From NCBI RefSeq assembly GCF_018350175.1, contig NC_058368.1:181600001-181664000 (forward strand): a DNA stretch of 64,000 nt, in the 5' to 3' direction. Source of the stretch: Felis catus (Eukaryota). How positions within the stretch are numbered: position 1 is the stretch's first letter; each line of letters opens with the position of its first letter. Positions 26,399 through 38,465 of the stretch are shown here, piece by piece. Under the pieces are notes generated by a model. It did not search any database, was not told the origin of the DNA, and saw only the letters and a program-made list of their open reading frames with translations. A program made the position numbers and the translations under genes.

Positions 26399-27896
26399 AA
26401 AAATTTACATCATCACTCATCTATATTATAATGCTTCCCTCTCCTCAAAGCTGCTTCCACACCTATTACTTCTTTGATTAATTCTCCAAAAATTATATTT
26501 TTCCCTGCGTTAACACTTAATTACTTGACTTTAACTTGTCCACTGCATAGCACCACAAGCTGTTAACCAGAGATCTAAAATTATGTTAAACTAGGTGAGG
26601 TGTTACAGTCATGTTTGAAGGGTTAAACTGCATTAATTAATTATGTAAGTTAAGATTTCTCAGGAGCCTTGGGGCAAAGCACCAATTCACAGAGCAGGAG
26701 GAGAATGAAACAAAAGAACCTAATTAGGCATGTAATTAACTCTTTCAGTGATATGGTGATAACATGATATAATAAAAGTGTTATGAATATGCTTAAGGAC
26801 CAGCAGGGTATGCCTGTTTTCAAGAATATAACCAACACTGGGATGAGAACTTAGCCCCTTCAGCCAAAATTTAGAGATACATTTAAAGTACATCAATATG
26901 TTACCAACATTTACTGACTCTCCACAACTGAACCTCCTTTTTTCTGTAATTAAATATATTTTATCTATATACCTGGAAACACAGTGTCTGACAAAACACA
27001 TTTTCCCCATAGTTTCTGATAGGCAGCAAATCTAAAAGAATTCAAAGGCAAAATGTGCTTTGTGCAAGTAGCTTATTTCATTTTGAAGACTAAATGCATT
27101 TGCAGAAAGGATTACATTTTGTTTGGCAATTTATTTTATTGACAAAACATATTTCATCACATATTCCATCACATTCAGTAGACAAATGCATGTTGTCAAA
27201 TACCCTATTTCCTGCCTTTGATGAAAAACACATTTTTTTAGAATCCATATTTTTTTAAATGGTGGAGTTCTACAGATAAGCTCCATTTGCTCTAAATTGG
27301 CCAAAGGGTGTCTAGATTTGGATTCTATCCTAAGTATATGGCTTCTTCTTTCAATATAATGCAAATTAACCTCAGAGGGAATATTAATGTCCATCTTCAC
27401 CACAGAAACATCAAAATTCAGTTTACATTGTAACCATTATGATAGGTTCCTATTGTCTAAACATAAAACTCAAATGGTTCCCATACACTCACCAGATGCT
27501 AAAATGCAATTACCCTTTACAAGGTAATGCACATACAAAGTAAATATTTAACCTAACCTATTTGTATATCTGTTTAATGCTGATAATTCAATTATTGTCT
27601 TCCTTTTCATATTTGCCCTCATATCTGATATACACATTAAATTATAAATAAGTTCTTGGAGGTCAAGAAGAAGATCTGTATAATTTGTTCTGAGAAGCAC
27701 TCAGCACAGTGCTTTATGAAAATAGGTGTTTAATCAATCCATGGCTCTGACACAATGGTAATGACCTTCCTGGCCAAAAAATCATTTATTACCAAAACAC
27801 TTTGCTTTTTTTCATGTCAACAATCATTTAGTGAACACCTACAATGTGCCATGCACTATATAAAACTTTCAAGGCTAGGCGGGGCGGGGGGTGGGT

Positions 27897-28122
27897 GGGG
27901 GCGTGCACCTGGGTGGCTAAGTCAGTTAAGAGTCCAACTATTGATTTTCGCTCAGGTCATGATCTTATGGTTCCTAGGACTGAGTCTGCGTGGAGCTCTG
28001 CACTGACAGCATGAAGCCTGCTTGGGATTCTCTCTCTCTTCCCCTCCCCTGAGTGTGCAAGAGAGCAAGCACACATGCTCTTTCTCTCCCTCACACACAA
28101 AATAAGTAAACATTTTTAAAAA
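27897..28122 (+). mobile_element. CAN-SINE
   Basis: 'gcacctgggtggctaagtcagttaag..ctctgcactgacagcatgaagcctgcttgggattctctctc'; imperfect TSD taaaactttcaagg / taaaaattgcaagg. Confidence 0.93.
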
Positions 28123-28431
28123 TTGCAAGGGATGCAGAGATTGATAATCATGGTCCTTACTTTCAAGCGTTTACAATCTAGGAGGCAGGGTAGGCATGAA
28201 GATAAATACAGTACAGGCTGACACAAGCCAAGTGGAGTGTGTGCTGGGTCCAAGCATAGTTTAACAGCAGGAAACTAGTAAATGGTTAAATTGGAGAAAA
28301 GCAGGGTGTGTTTGACAAGCCGACATGAGTAGATTTTAACACTGAACAGAAGTTTTCCAGTGGATAACTCCAGCAGAATGAAGAAAGGCATTCCAAGAAG
28401 GGACACCCATGTGCTACAGTACAGGGAAAAG

Positions 28432-28433
<2 letters not shown>

Positions 28434-28478
<45 letters not shown>

Positions 28479-28493
28479 CGCGCGCGCGCACGT
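28434..28493. repeat. (TG)n followed by (GC)6 microsatellite
   Basis: Directly visible. Confidence 0.97.
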
Positions 28494-29559
28494 TTAAACC
28501 CATCATTCTATCAATATTACTGTAGTGTAAAGTATGAGGGGGACCTACCAGAGAAGACAATGAAGTGGTTGACAGGGTCTTGAGGGGACTTCTATGCCAA
28601 AGAGCTTGGAAAATCTTATATAAATCTTGGGAAAACCACTGATAATTCAACTGAAGTCAGATTCGCACAGAGAATGGATGGCACAGGTGTGCAGAGCTAA
28701 TGCAGCACAAGTTCAAAGCCTTCTGAGTTACTCCAAGAAACATGGAGAGAGTATAAGCAGAAGTATTAATAATAAGAATGAGAATGCAAAGATTCTAGAT
28801 ATAATTAGGAAGTGAAATGAACTGGGTTCACATAAAGGGTTAAGAAGTAAAGTGTCACCTGGGCTTTTGCTCTGAGTAACCAAAATTTCAAAAATAGATA
28901 CAGCTTTTTAAAGTCTTGGAACTTCATCTGTAGATGGAATGAGTTCACAAAACCTCCTCACACCTTACTCACTTTTTCATTTACCCACTCATCCAAGTCC
29001 ACTTATATAATGAGGAATTGTATAAGGCTGATCCTCTAAGTCAGAAACAACATACTGTGAAAGTACAGAATACTGAGAAATATTCATGCTCCAGAGCATC
29101 TCCAAATAAAAACAATACCTACCCAAGTCCAAAATCTTTCCAAAAAGGCAGTTTTTGTTTTAAATGGAAAATAACAGTGGACTATACACCAGAGCACCTG
29201 GTCCCAAGACGAAGTCCCATCTATCATGGGGTGTTGAAGTAGGAATTGAACCTCTGTGATACTTAGTTACATCCTCTGCACACGGGATCACCTCCTGTCC
29301 TACATCTCATAGTCTTGCAGTGAGTATCAAATATGACAGTTGCATATCACATATAGAAAAGTGAAGAGTCTTCTATATAGAAGATGATATAATCATAAAG
29401 TATTATGATATTATTGTGTAAGATTTTTCAACTTTGCAAGTACTGCTCGAGTTTCAAAATTCTAACACTGATGCCTTTACTGGTCTTCAGTAGCATTAAT
29501 TACTTCTGGCAATATTGGAATGTAAGAGATTTTTTTGTGACACCTCTGGCCTCACTGGC

Positions 29560-30170
29560 TAGAAATTATTGTTGCCACATTCTATTCTTTCAACCCTTAT
29601 ATTCAATCTGTTATTAAGCTGTACCATTGATTTTTTTGAAATTTCTCTAAATTTGCCCTTCATCTTCAATACCACCGCCATCTACCTATTACTGTCTTGG
29701 ACTAATTAAATAGCATCTGAGCTGTTCTTTTGTCTTTTGGTTGCCTACCCCCTTCAGGTTTGCCTAGTCTCTAAACTGTTACTAGACCAACTTTGTAATG
29801 AAGTATTAATCTAGACATGCTCCTCCCAGGTCAAATGCCCCAGATGCTTGCATCTCTAAAGGAGCTATCCAACATCCTATACTATACTTCTTCCCAGCTT
29901 CTCTTATTACCTGTTATACTCCATCTATGCACTCCTGAATTCCTTTCTCACTTCTATCTGTGTTCCCATGGTTACTTCCACATTAAATGCCTGTCTCTCC
30001 TCTCCTACTCAGCTTATCTAAACCTTACACACCTGACCAAGCTCTGTATAAATTTTATCTCTTCACAAAACCTCACAAAGTTTAAAACCAGCCCATCTCA
30101 GAGTGATAGAATCTTTGAACTCATGCACCAGTGCCAGACTGTACCATATTTAGCCCTTAGATATACCATC
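29560..30170 (+). mobile_element. L2 LINE fragment
   Basis: 'ttcaatctgttattaagctgtaccattg..aatttctctaaatttgcccttcatcttc..aatagcatctgagctgttc..ttaaatgcctgtctc'. Confidence 0.65.
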
Positions 30171-30199
30171 TATCCAAGCCGTTAAGCACAAAGGCTTCA

Positions 30200-30370
30200 C
30201 ATCCTCTTCCTTCACTTACTATGTGAATGTGTTATTTCACCTCCCTGTGCCTTAGTTCCACCATCCAGAAAACGGGAAGTGCAAGAACACCAAATCCAGG
30301 ATCCATGTGAAGATTATATAAGCATCAGGTCACAAGATCTGGGACACAACAATAATGAATAGGAACTTCC
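30200..30370 (+). mobile_element. MIR SINE
   Basis: 'cacttactatgtga..ttatttcacctccctgtgccttagttccaccatccagaaaacggg'. Confidence 0.7.
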
Positions 30371-30439
30371 AGTAGCTGATTATTATTATCAGGCATATCA
30401 GTAGCATCTCTTTTATCTATCTCCATTTTGCTCAATACT

Positions 30440-30958
30440 CTATCATTAGAAATTGGCATAAACCAGTCAACCTTAGTGGTGTAAAAACAACACCAGATTC
30501 TGTGAGTCAAGATTTTAGGCAAGGCACAAGTGATTGGATCACCTCTGTTCCACAATGTCTGGGAAGACTGAAAAATCTGGGGTCTGAAACTATCTTCATA
30601 TACGTCTAATTTGTGGGTAGAGGTGACCCAATGGCTGTAGTCAGAGTACCTTCATAGGGCCCTTTCATGTGGCCTTATGTCTTACAGTATGGTAGCCAGG
30701 GTCCAGGATGCATTCCCTGAGAGGGAGTGTCTGGCAGGCAAGTGTTCCAAAATTTCCAGGTAAAAGTTGCCTGACCTTTTCTGACATAGCCTCAGAAGTC
30801 CATTGGTTGTAAGTGCATCCCTAAGACCAGCCCAAATCAAGGTGGTCGAAATATACCCCACCTCTTGAACAGGAAGTGGGCAGGCCATATCACCAAAGAG
30901 CACAGGGGAAGGGAGATATTACTAGTGCCTTTATCTTTGGAAAAGACAGTCTCTTACA
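30440..30958 (-). mobile_element. MaLR solo LTR (MLT1H-like)
   Basis: 'gattctgtgagtcaagatttt..ctctgttccacaatgtctggg..ccttttctgacatagcctcagaagtc..ccagcccaaatcaagg..accccacctcttga..atctttggaaaagacagtctcttaca'. Confidence 0.85.
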
Positions 30959-32604
30959 AGTGATAGTTGTATAAAACTCATTACTTCCTCTACATTCATT
31001 TTGTTCATGAATAGTAGTAGTGCCCTGCCTAGAATGTACTTGGTATTCCCTAAGTAATTACCGCATAAGCAAACAATTTCACCTTAGTTTCATATTAGTC
31101 CTCTCCTCAGAACTAGAGTCTTCTTGAAGGTAGGAATTATACCATAGAGTCTCTAAACAAAGTCAATAGAAGTTATTAGAATTCAGGTAGATCAATTAGA
31201 ACACTGTTGATTATTATGGGGACGTAAGAGAAATCATGAATTCATCAACCATAGAACGAGGACATTCAAAACTTCAAGCAAGGAGAGAGAAACTCTGATT
31301 TTGGTTACAGGGTCCATAAATTTTAGTTATTTTTATATTCCTGGGACTATATATTTGAGAAATGATGCAAGTGATACCTAAACATATATCCCTAGAACCA
31401 CTGCATTACTTCTCTCAATATAAACTAATTAAAGATGAATAACTGCAATTACTGCCTTTTTAATCCTTTCCCACTCGTGTTGAATTTGTGTCACCTTGTA
31501 GTATTTAGATCGCGTTCTATTTGCTCTGATTCAGATTCTGAGTCATCAAAATGTTGGAAATAGGTCTGAAAATAGCCTGAATTAATTCTCTAGATTGCTG
31601 TTTATAACAGATATACAAGGGAAGCATTTTATAAATGTAAAGGAAAACTTATTTTGTTGCCAAAAAAAGTTGAGAAGTTTCTTCTCAGGCCCTAGGTATG
31701 TTAAAATAACATGGCAGAAGCAAAAGAAATGGCAAGACAGAAAGTTGATTTGCATGGGAAAGGGGGAAAATAGTCAACTATTAAAGCAAAAGGATCAGAG
31801 CCTTCAATGCATTTATCAAGAGCCATTTGGAGGGCCCTCTCAGTCTTCCAAAGCATGGCCTCAAGAAAAATGAATGTGGTCTAGCAGCAAGAACAATAGA
31901 GAAAAATGGTGTCCTTGGAGGCAGTCACAACCAAATTGCAGTAAGCACAGACACAGTGGCCAGTGTGCTCCAAGTAGTCACAGCAGGTCTCCTGGGACCA
32001 GAAGAGAAACAGCATCACCAACTCACATCACCCAGGTGCCACTGGCATTGGAACAGCAGGAATCATTCACACACCATCTCCATCTGTGCCTTCCCCCTTT
32101 CAAGTGTTTGCTACATGACCAGAGGAAAAACACTGTCATTTGCTCAGACTGTCTGTCTAATAGCTGTAATTAAAGCCCTCTAATCGCCAAAAACCCAGTG
32201 TGTGGGAACTTGGCTGAAAATGTACACAGTGAAAGCACAAGGCCATCTTTACAGGGGGAAAGGTGAAGGGCACATTTTACCTTGCCAGAACCGGACAGCC
32301 TTCAGTCTGCAGGTGTGAGGGGGTGGAAGGCTGCTCACAGGTTCTGGCCATGGCCATTCTCAAAGGTGAAGTCAATGGAAGATGCAGGGCAGGAAATCTG
32401 CCACATCATTCCACCAATGAACAATACAGCAGGGCTTACTCCATGCTGGTCATCCAGCTCTTGAGGCAGCCTTTTACAGGCTATATCCTAGAAGATCTTT
32501 CCTGAAAGCCACTGAAAGGAAATGCCTACTGCACAAAACTCATTTGCTTTTATTGTGATTTTTTAAAGTTACTTTTGAGAGAGAGCTACAAAGCTTGGAA
32601 TATC

Positions 32605-32828
32605 TTTTTTTTTTTTTTCATTTCTTTTAATGCTTATTTTTCAGAGTGAGAGAGAGACAGGGTACGAGTCAGGGAGGGGCAGAGAGACAGGGAGACACAG
32701 AATCTGAAGCAGCTCCAGGCTCTGAGCTGTCAGCACAGAGCCCGACATGGGGCTCAGACTCACTAACTGCAAGATCATGACCTGAGCCGAAGTTGGACAC
32801 TTAACCGACTGAACCACCCAGGTGCCCC
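32605..32828 (-). mobile_element. CAN-SINE (SINEC_Fc type)
   Basis: 'ggagacacagaatctgaagcagctccaggctctgagctgtcagcacagagccc..ccacccaggtgcccc'. Confidence 0.96.
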
Positions 32829-32839
32829 AGAAATATCTC

Positions 32840-33040
32840 TTTTTTAAAGTTTATTTATTTCCAGAAAGAGAGTGAGAGAGTGTGTGCATGCCAGTGGGAG
32901 AGGAAGAGAGAGAATCCTAACCAGACTCCACACTGTCAATGTAAAGCCCTACGTGGGGCTTGATCCCACAACATGTGAAATCGTGACCTGAGCTGATTTT
33001 AAGTCAGATGCTCAAGTGACTGAGCCACCCAAGTGCCCCC
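32840..33040 (-). mobile_element. CAN-SINE (older subfamily)
   Basis: 'agagagaatcctaaccagactccacactgtca..gtggggcttgatcccac..gactgagccacccaagtgccccc'. Confidence 0.93.
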
Positions 33041-33169
33041 AAAGGTTGAGATTTCTATGTTTCCAAAATATATGAAGCTTTTGGTATTGTTTTACAAGTC
33101 TGTCACAAATAAGCTTCCATGTAATGTTTTTACTATTATTGATAAAATGTTAACACCTATACCAGTACA

Positions 33170-33400
33170 ATAATTATAATAAACATTTAACAGCACATTT
33201 GATATTTGCCAAGCACTGTGAAAACTGCTTCACAGGTATTGTCTCAAAGTCCCAAAACAACTGGAAGTGATGATACGATTATATCTCCCATTTACAGATG
33301 AGAAAATGAGGGGTCAGGTAACCGGACCAAGGTCACATACTCAGTGAGCTGGCGGTACAAAGCCAGCTGGTCAGGCTCCACATCCCACACTCTTACAGTT
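33170..33400 (-). mobile_element. MIR SINE
   Basis: 'tgccaagcactgtg..tctcccatttacagatgagaaaatgaggggtcagg..ccaaggtcacatac'. Confidence 0.85.
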
Positions 33401-34021
33401 TTACATTAATAAAGTCAAAAGATACCTATTTCTGGCAAAGAAATTTCTCATGCAGAAATTTTAGAAAAGTTGGTGTGAGCCTGGAAGTCTGTAATGTAAC
33501 AAGCACCCCCCGGCGATGTTAATGCAGAGGGACTACACAGACATGGCTAGAGAATTAGTTAGAGTTTGCTTAGTTGACACAAAATGAAAAAAGTCATGCT
33601 TACCAACCCAGTGTTGTTTTCAATTAATTTGCATCACTTTGGTTCATATCTATTGATACAAAAACCTCCCCAAGCATGAAAACTGGGTCTTAGAAACAAT
33701 TTATTTTAGACAAAATGCTTCTAAAAACTGACCATGCCCTCCTTAAGGGGCTCCCCTTTTCTCAGTGTGTTTTCAAGTTTTCTGTTTTCATCTCAAATAA
33801 AGTCTCAGTTGGGTCCTAATATGCATTTAACAGCTGCTAATCTCTTCTTTAATAAGAAAGCAGGCAGAAACAACAGGGATGGCAAGCCCTGAGAAGATGA
33901 GAGTAAGGCTGGAGTAATCAATGGAGGCAAGAACCCCAGCTGATGGGCTGCCGGGGGTGTGGTTCACTCTGCAGCCTCAAATCTCAAATTTAAATGCTTT
34001 CTTATAAATATTAAGTTTAAA

Positions 34022-34261
34022 GGCGTGCCTGAGGGACTCACTCGGTTAAGTGTCCGACTTTGGCTCAGGTCACGATCTCCCAGTTCACCAGTTTGAGCCC
34101 TGCATCGGGTTCTGTGCTGACAGCTCAGAGCCTGGAGCCTGCTTCAGATTCTGTGTCTTCCTCTCTCTCTGCTCCCCTCCAAACCCCGCCCCCCAACCTC
34201 CTCCAATTCACACTCTCTCTCTCTCTCCCAGAAATGAATAAACATTAAAAAAACTAAGTGA
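34022..34261 (+). mobile_element. CAN-SINE (SINEC_Fc type)
   Basis: Full body; TSD ataaat(a/g)ttaagtttaaa. Confidence 0.96.
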
Positions 34262-35472
34262 ATAAATGTTAAGTTTAAAGAGGCTTAGCTAAGACTTACT
34301 GACTATTCAAAACCAGCTCTCCTTTATTATCAGCACATACGTGGAACACAAGAAGCAAAGGAATGAGGATTGTATGGTCAGAACCATTCTCTTCCGTTAA
34401 CGTGTCGTTTGTGTGGTTTGCACTTAAATGCCGTAGGGTTCATCAGATCAAATACTCCTACTTCCTTATGTTACTTCTCATGATTCTTGCTAAGTGTTTT
34501 AAAAATAACGCATTGGAGCAGAAATAATAGCATAAGCTACCTCTCTATTCATTTCCCAGACGATAACCATATAAAAGTACTATGTTTCAGCATAATTCAT
34601 TGACAGGTAATATAATTCTAAGACTGAGGGCATTTTTGAAAGGGGGAAAATAGAGGAAAACTTTTGGCATGATATTTTTATAAGTAACATCAGTCAAATA
34701 ACAACAATGAAAATTACAAAGGATTTGCATAAAGGCTCTCAGAAAAAAAAAGGAATCATCTAGAAAAGCAAGAAAATAGGAATAGTCATGGGCTGCATTT
34801 ATTGAGCACTTGTTATGTACAGACTCTTTTCTAAGTTTGTTACGTGAGAAACATAAAAAAAAAAACACCATGAAAAATAACTTTAAGAGTCTTTCCCCAC
34901 TACCCCCCACCTCCGCCCAGAGATGCCAAAGATAGGAGTTGCATTAGAAATAAATTCAACTCCACTTTAAAGTCAATGTATAAATCTTCAACATTGTTGT
35001 GTTGCTGCCAAAAAGCACCATCTAATTCACTGATGTTGGATCTTAAACACATGGAAATGCAAACAACGGACTGTGACTAATGCATCAAAATACACAAAAT
35101 GGATCATAATAACCACCATTTCTTGTGTATGCTACTTGTAGGTGAATGCCAAAAGATGGTACACTGCTTCCATATCTGACTATCCCTACACTGGTAATTA
35201 CATTCCAAGAGCAAAGTGAGGCAGCAAGGATTGTACACCTTCATTATCCATTAACAGCATGCTACATTAACCTTTGAATATTTACCTTGATGCCAATTAA
35301 ATATTTGTGATGGCAGCATCAATAAGGAAGAAAATCTTGGCCAAGGCCCCATTTTCCCTTGGTTTCTCTGCAATTCTTTGTAAATAGCATCCTGAAGTTT
35401 TAACCCATCAACCCACACAGACATACTAGATCAAATCATTTTTAAAATAAGTAAATCCTGACGATCCATTAC

Positions 35473-35544
35473 CTCAGTAGGCCAAGGGAACAGTGCAGGC
35501 AAATACCCACCATTGACAAGCCAATGCCTTGAGCGTTTGACTTT
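35473..35544 (-). other. Candidate 72-nt cassette exon of an unidentified minus-strand transcript
   Basis: On -: branch-like gctaac/actaat, ttttttctag acceptor, 72 nt, GAG|gtaatg donor; two of three frames open; peptide not recognised. Confidence 0.35.
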
Positions 35545-36333
35545 CTAGAAAAAAGGCATTAGTTAGCATTTAGATGGATGACAAGGCAGCAGAGAGTGAA
35601 GTCTGAATCCAGCAGAAAGGCATCCAGCGTTCTCTGGAGTGTGTAAGCCTTCATGACTCGCTGACTAGATTGCGGACAAAAACGACTCACAGTGCAAGAT
35701 AAAGAAAAAAACCAAACCATTTCAGCAGTTTTACAAAACCAAGGCTGCAGTGTGTCTGGACCAAGTCTACACATGTTGCATAAGACTTTCCCTTTAACAA
35801 TTACAAAGCTGCAGTGAGGCAGAATTTACCTGCCTTTCCCCTCTATATTATCATCATTATTATTTTCTCTAAATTATTTACTATATTTATTCCCATTGCA
35901 GCCATCTCTTTTTCTATACCCCTCTACCAGATAGTATAAATAAAAACTCAATATGGAATAGCTGAGGAACTTCCTCCGTGTTCAGAGAACACAAACCAGT
36001 CTGGAATGGATTAATTATAGGCTTCAGGCTTTATGAAAAGTTAGGATTTGAGCTGAGGCTTATGCCTTACTCGAGTTTGGTCAGGTAGAGACCAAAATCT
36101 CACTAGGAAGTGACCTTGAAAATAAAGTACCTAAGAATGCTTGAAAGAGAGTGATCAGAACAGAAGGCCTGTGGCCCATAGGAGCCAGAAACAAAACAAA
36201 ACAAAACAAACAAACAAAAATGGCGACCCTTAAAAAGCATTACAATTATGGAGAGGAAAATATAGTCAGGTAATAATACGGAGGTGAACCTTCTACCAGA
36301 GTTCTCAGTGTTAATCTTTTAAAAAACAAATCA

Positions 36334-36556
36334 GGGGTCACCTGGGTATTTAGTCAGTTAAGTGTCCAACTTGGATCAGGTCATGATCTCACAGTTCATA
36401 GGTTGGAGCTCGGGATCAGGCTTTGCACTGATAGCTCAGAGCCTGGAGCCTGCTTCGGATTCTGTGTTTCCCTCTCTCTCTCTGCCCCTCCCCAGTTTGT
36501 GCTCTGTCTCTCTCTCTCAAAAATAAATAAATAAACATTAAAAAATAAAAATAAAA
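36334..36556 (+). mobile_element. CAN-SINE (SINEC_Fc type)
   Basis: Head, 'agctcagagcctggagcctgcttcggattctgtg', CT region, AATAAA tail. Confidence 0.95.
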
Positions 36557-36559
36557 GCA

Positions 36560-36760
36560 TACCTGGAAAGGCAACAAGGGAACTTCTCCAAAATTGAATT
36601 AAATGTCTTGTATCTCAGTAGGGATGGTGGTTATCAGGTAAGTTGAGTATAACTATCAAAACTCAGTCTGAACATGTAAGATCTGCTCATTTTATTGTAT
36701 GAATAGGATTTATTTTATTGTGTTACCTTGAACTCACTTATAAAATAAAAATTTAAAAAT
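36560..36760 (+). mobile_element. Old L1 3' UTR fragment
   Basis: 'caagggaacttct..aaatgtcttgtatctcagtagggatggtggttat..tcaaaactca..aagatctgctcattttattgtatg'. Confidence 0.7.
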
Positions 36761-36774
36761 AGGGGGAAAAACAG

Positions 36775-37300
36775 GTATTCTCTCCTTTAAATTCCTCGAG
36801 GGGCTCCCTGGTTCACCTAATAAAAATTGAAAAACCCAGATCTTGCCCATCGCTGCTAAAGCCCTACAGGATCTCCCCTGCCTATGTCTTCACCTTGACT
36901 TCAAGAAGTCACTCTTCACTGATTCACCCCTTCCAGACAAAGCCTCCTTCTTCGTGTCCAGCTAATCGGGAAGGCCCTGCCCCACAGCAGTCTGTGCTCG
37001 CAATTCTCCGTGCCTCCCCAAACGTTCTTGCCCCAACTCTCCTGCTCCTCAGCAAAACTGTTCATGATTTCTTTCTATAAAATGGCCTTCCTAAATTACT
37101 ATCCCGTCACCCTGCTTTTTTTCCGTTATAAAATTTCTATAATCTAAAGTAATCCTGTTCACTTATGAGCTTACTTATCAGTTATCTCTTCCACTGGAAA
37201 TCAAGTTCTGAGATTGAAGGAAGGGGGCCATTTCCACAGGGTCTAACTCAAGACCTGGCATATAATAGATGCTCAATAAGTAGTTGTTTGTAAATTAACA
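36775..37300 (+). mobile_element. L2 (L2a-like) 3' portion
   Basis: 'aaagccctacaggatct..cccgtcaccctgc..cttccactggaaatcaagttc..gacctggcatataatagatgctcaataagtagttg'. Confidence 0.8.
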
Positions 37301-37552
37301 TATACACCTTTTGTAACCATGTACCCTTATTACACTAGAAGTCTCTCCAGATCTGGGACCATCTATTTGTCATCTCTGTATCTCTGCTACCAAGTTCAAT
37401 ATGTGGCACGTATCAGAAGCCCATGAAATATTTGCTAATTTATAGATGTTTAAATTTAGATTTAACATACCTTGCCCAACAAATTCCAAGAATATCTCAT
37501 TTTGTAAGGAAATTCATTTGTCCCTAAAAATGTACTGACTTAGCTAATTTTA

Positions 37553-37764
37553 TTTTTTATTTATTTAATGTTTATTTATACTTGAGAGAGACACAGTGCA
37601 TGAACCAGGGAGGGGCAGAGAGAGACAGAGACAGAATCTGAAGTGGGCTCCAGACTCTGAGATGTCAGCACAGAGCCTGACGCAGGACTCGAACTCACAA
37701 GTTCTAAGATCATGACCTGAGCTGAAGTCGGACGCTTAACTGACTTAAGCCACTCAGACGCCCC
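37553..37764 (-). mobile_element. CAN-SINE (SINEC_Fc type)
   Basis: Full body; perfect TSD cttagctaatttta. Confidence 0.96.
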
Positions 37765-38074
37765 TGGCTTAGCTAATTTTAAATCACAGCAGCTGAGGTT
37801 TACAGAGACTTTCCCCACCTGTGGATTAGATTTGGTTACCTGACTTAAAAGGATAAGAAAATCAACCTGCAGTGAATTCACTCAGGTTCCTTCCAGGTGA
37901 CCTATGCAAGGAGTATAATGCTTACTCAAACCATTTCAAATGATCAGTTTTGGAGGAGTTTTTTCATTCATTCTCAGTGGACTGTATAAATATATTGAAA
38001 AAATTAGTGTTAGATTTTAGATAGTGACAAGTGATGTAGCTACCTATTCTATTTCTTCTGTGAGCATTATGAAG

Positions 38075-38465
38075 AGCAATGAAAAAGTATGAACTATTGA
38101 TTCACACAACATTGTAGGCCAAACTCCTCACACAAAAATCCAAATCACACATCCCCCAAAATAGTATATAATGATGGATGATTCCATTCATATAAAATTC
38201 TAGAAAATCCATATATATATGTATACATATATATATGGTATATATTGTATATATGTTTGTATATATACAGTGATAGAAAGCACAACAGTGGATTCCTGTG
38301 AATGGAGGTAGAGGTGGGATGCACAAAGAAAGTTTGAAGCTAATGTAATTGCTTATGGTGAAGGTTTCATGGGAATATGCATATGTCAAAACTCATCAAA
38401 TTGTACACTTTAAATTGGTGTAATTTATTATCCCTCAATAAAGCTGTATTATATATAAAATTAAA
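38075..38465 (+). mobile_element. L1M (L1MC/MD-like) 3' UTR
   Basis: 'tgattccattcatataaaattctagaaaat..tacagtgatagaaagca..cagtgg..atatgtcaaaactcatcaaattgtacactttaaa..cctcaataaagctgt'. Confidence 0.85.

Larger units (their letters stand above)
27815..28780 (-). mobile_element. L2 fragment interrupted by a CAN-SINE and (TG)n
   Basis: 'tcaacaatcatttagtgaacacctacaatgtgcca' then 'gatgcagagattgataatcatggtccttactttcaagcgtttacaatctag'. Confidence 0.7.

Noticed and set aside
29817..30185. Longest ORF (122 aa)
   Set aside because: Lies in a degenerate L2 fragment; low-information Leu/Ser-rich translation
31827..32183. 118-aa ORF in unique sequence
   Set aside because: Non-ATG start, no known domain, no convincing splice boundaries
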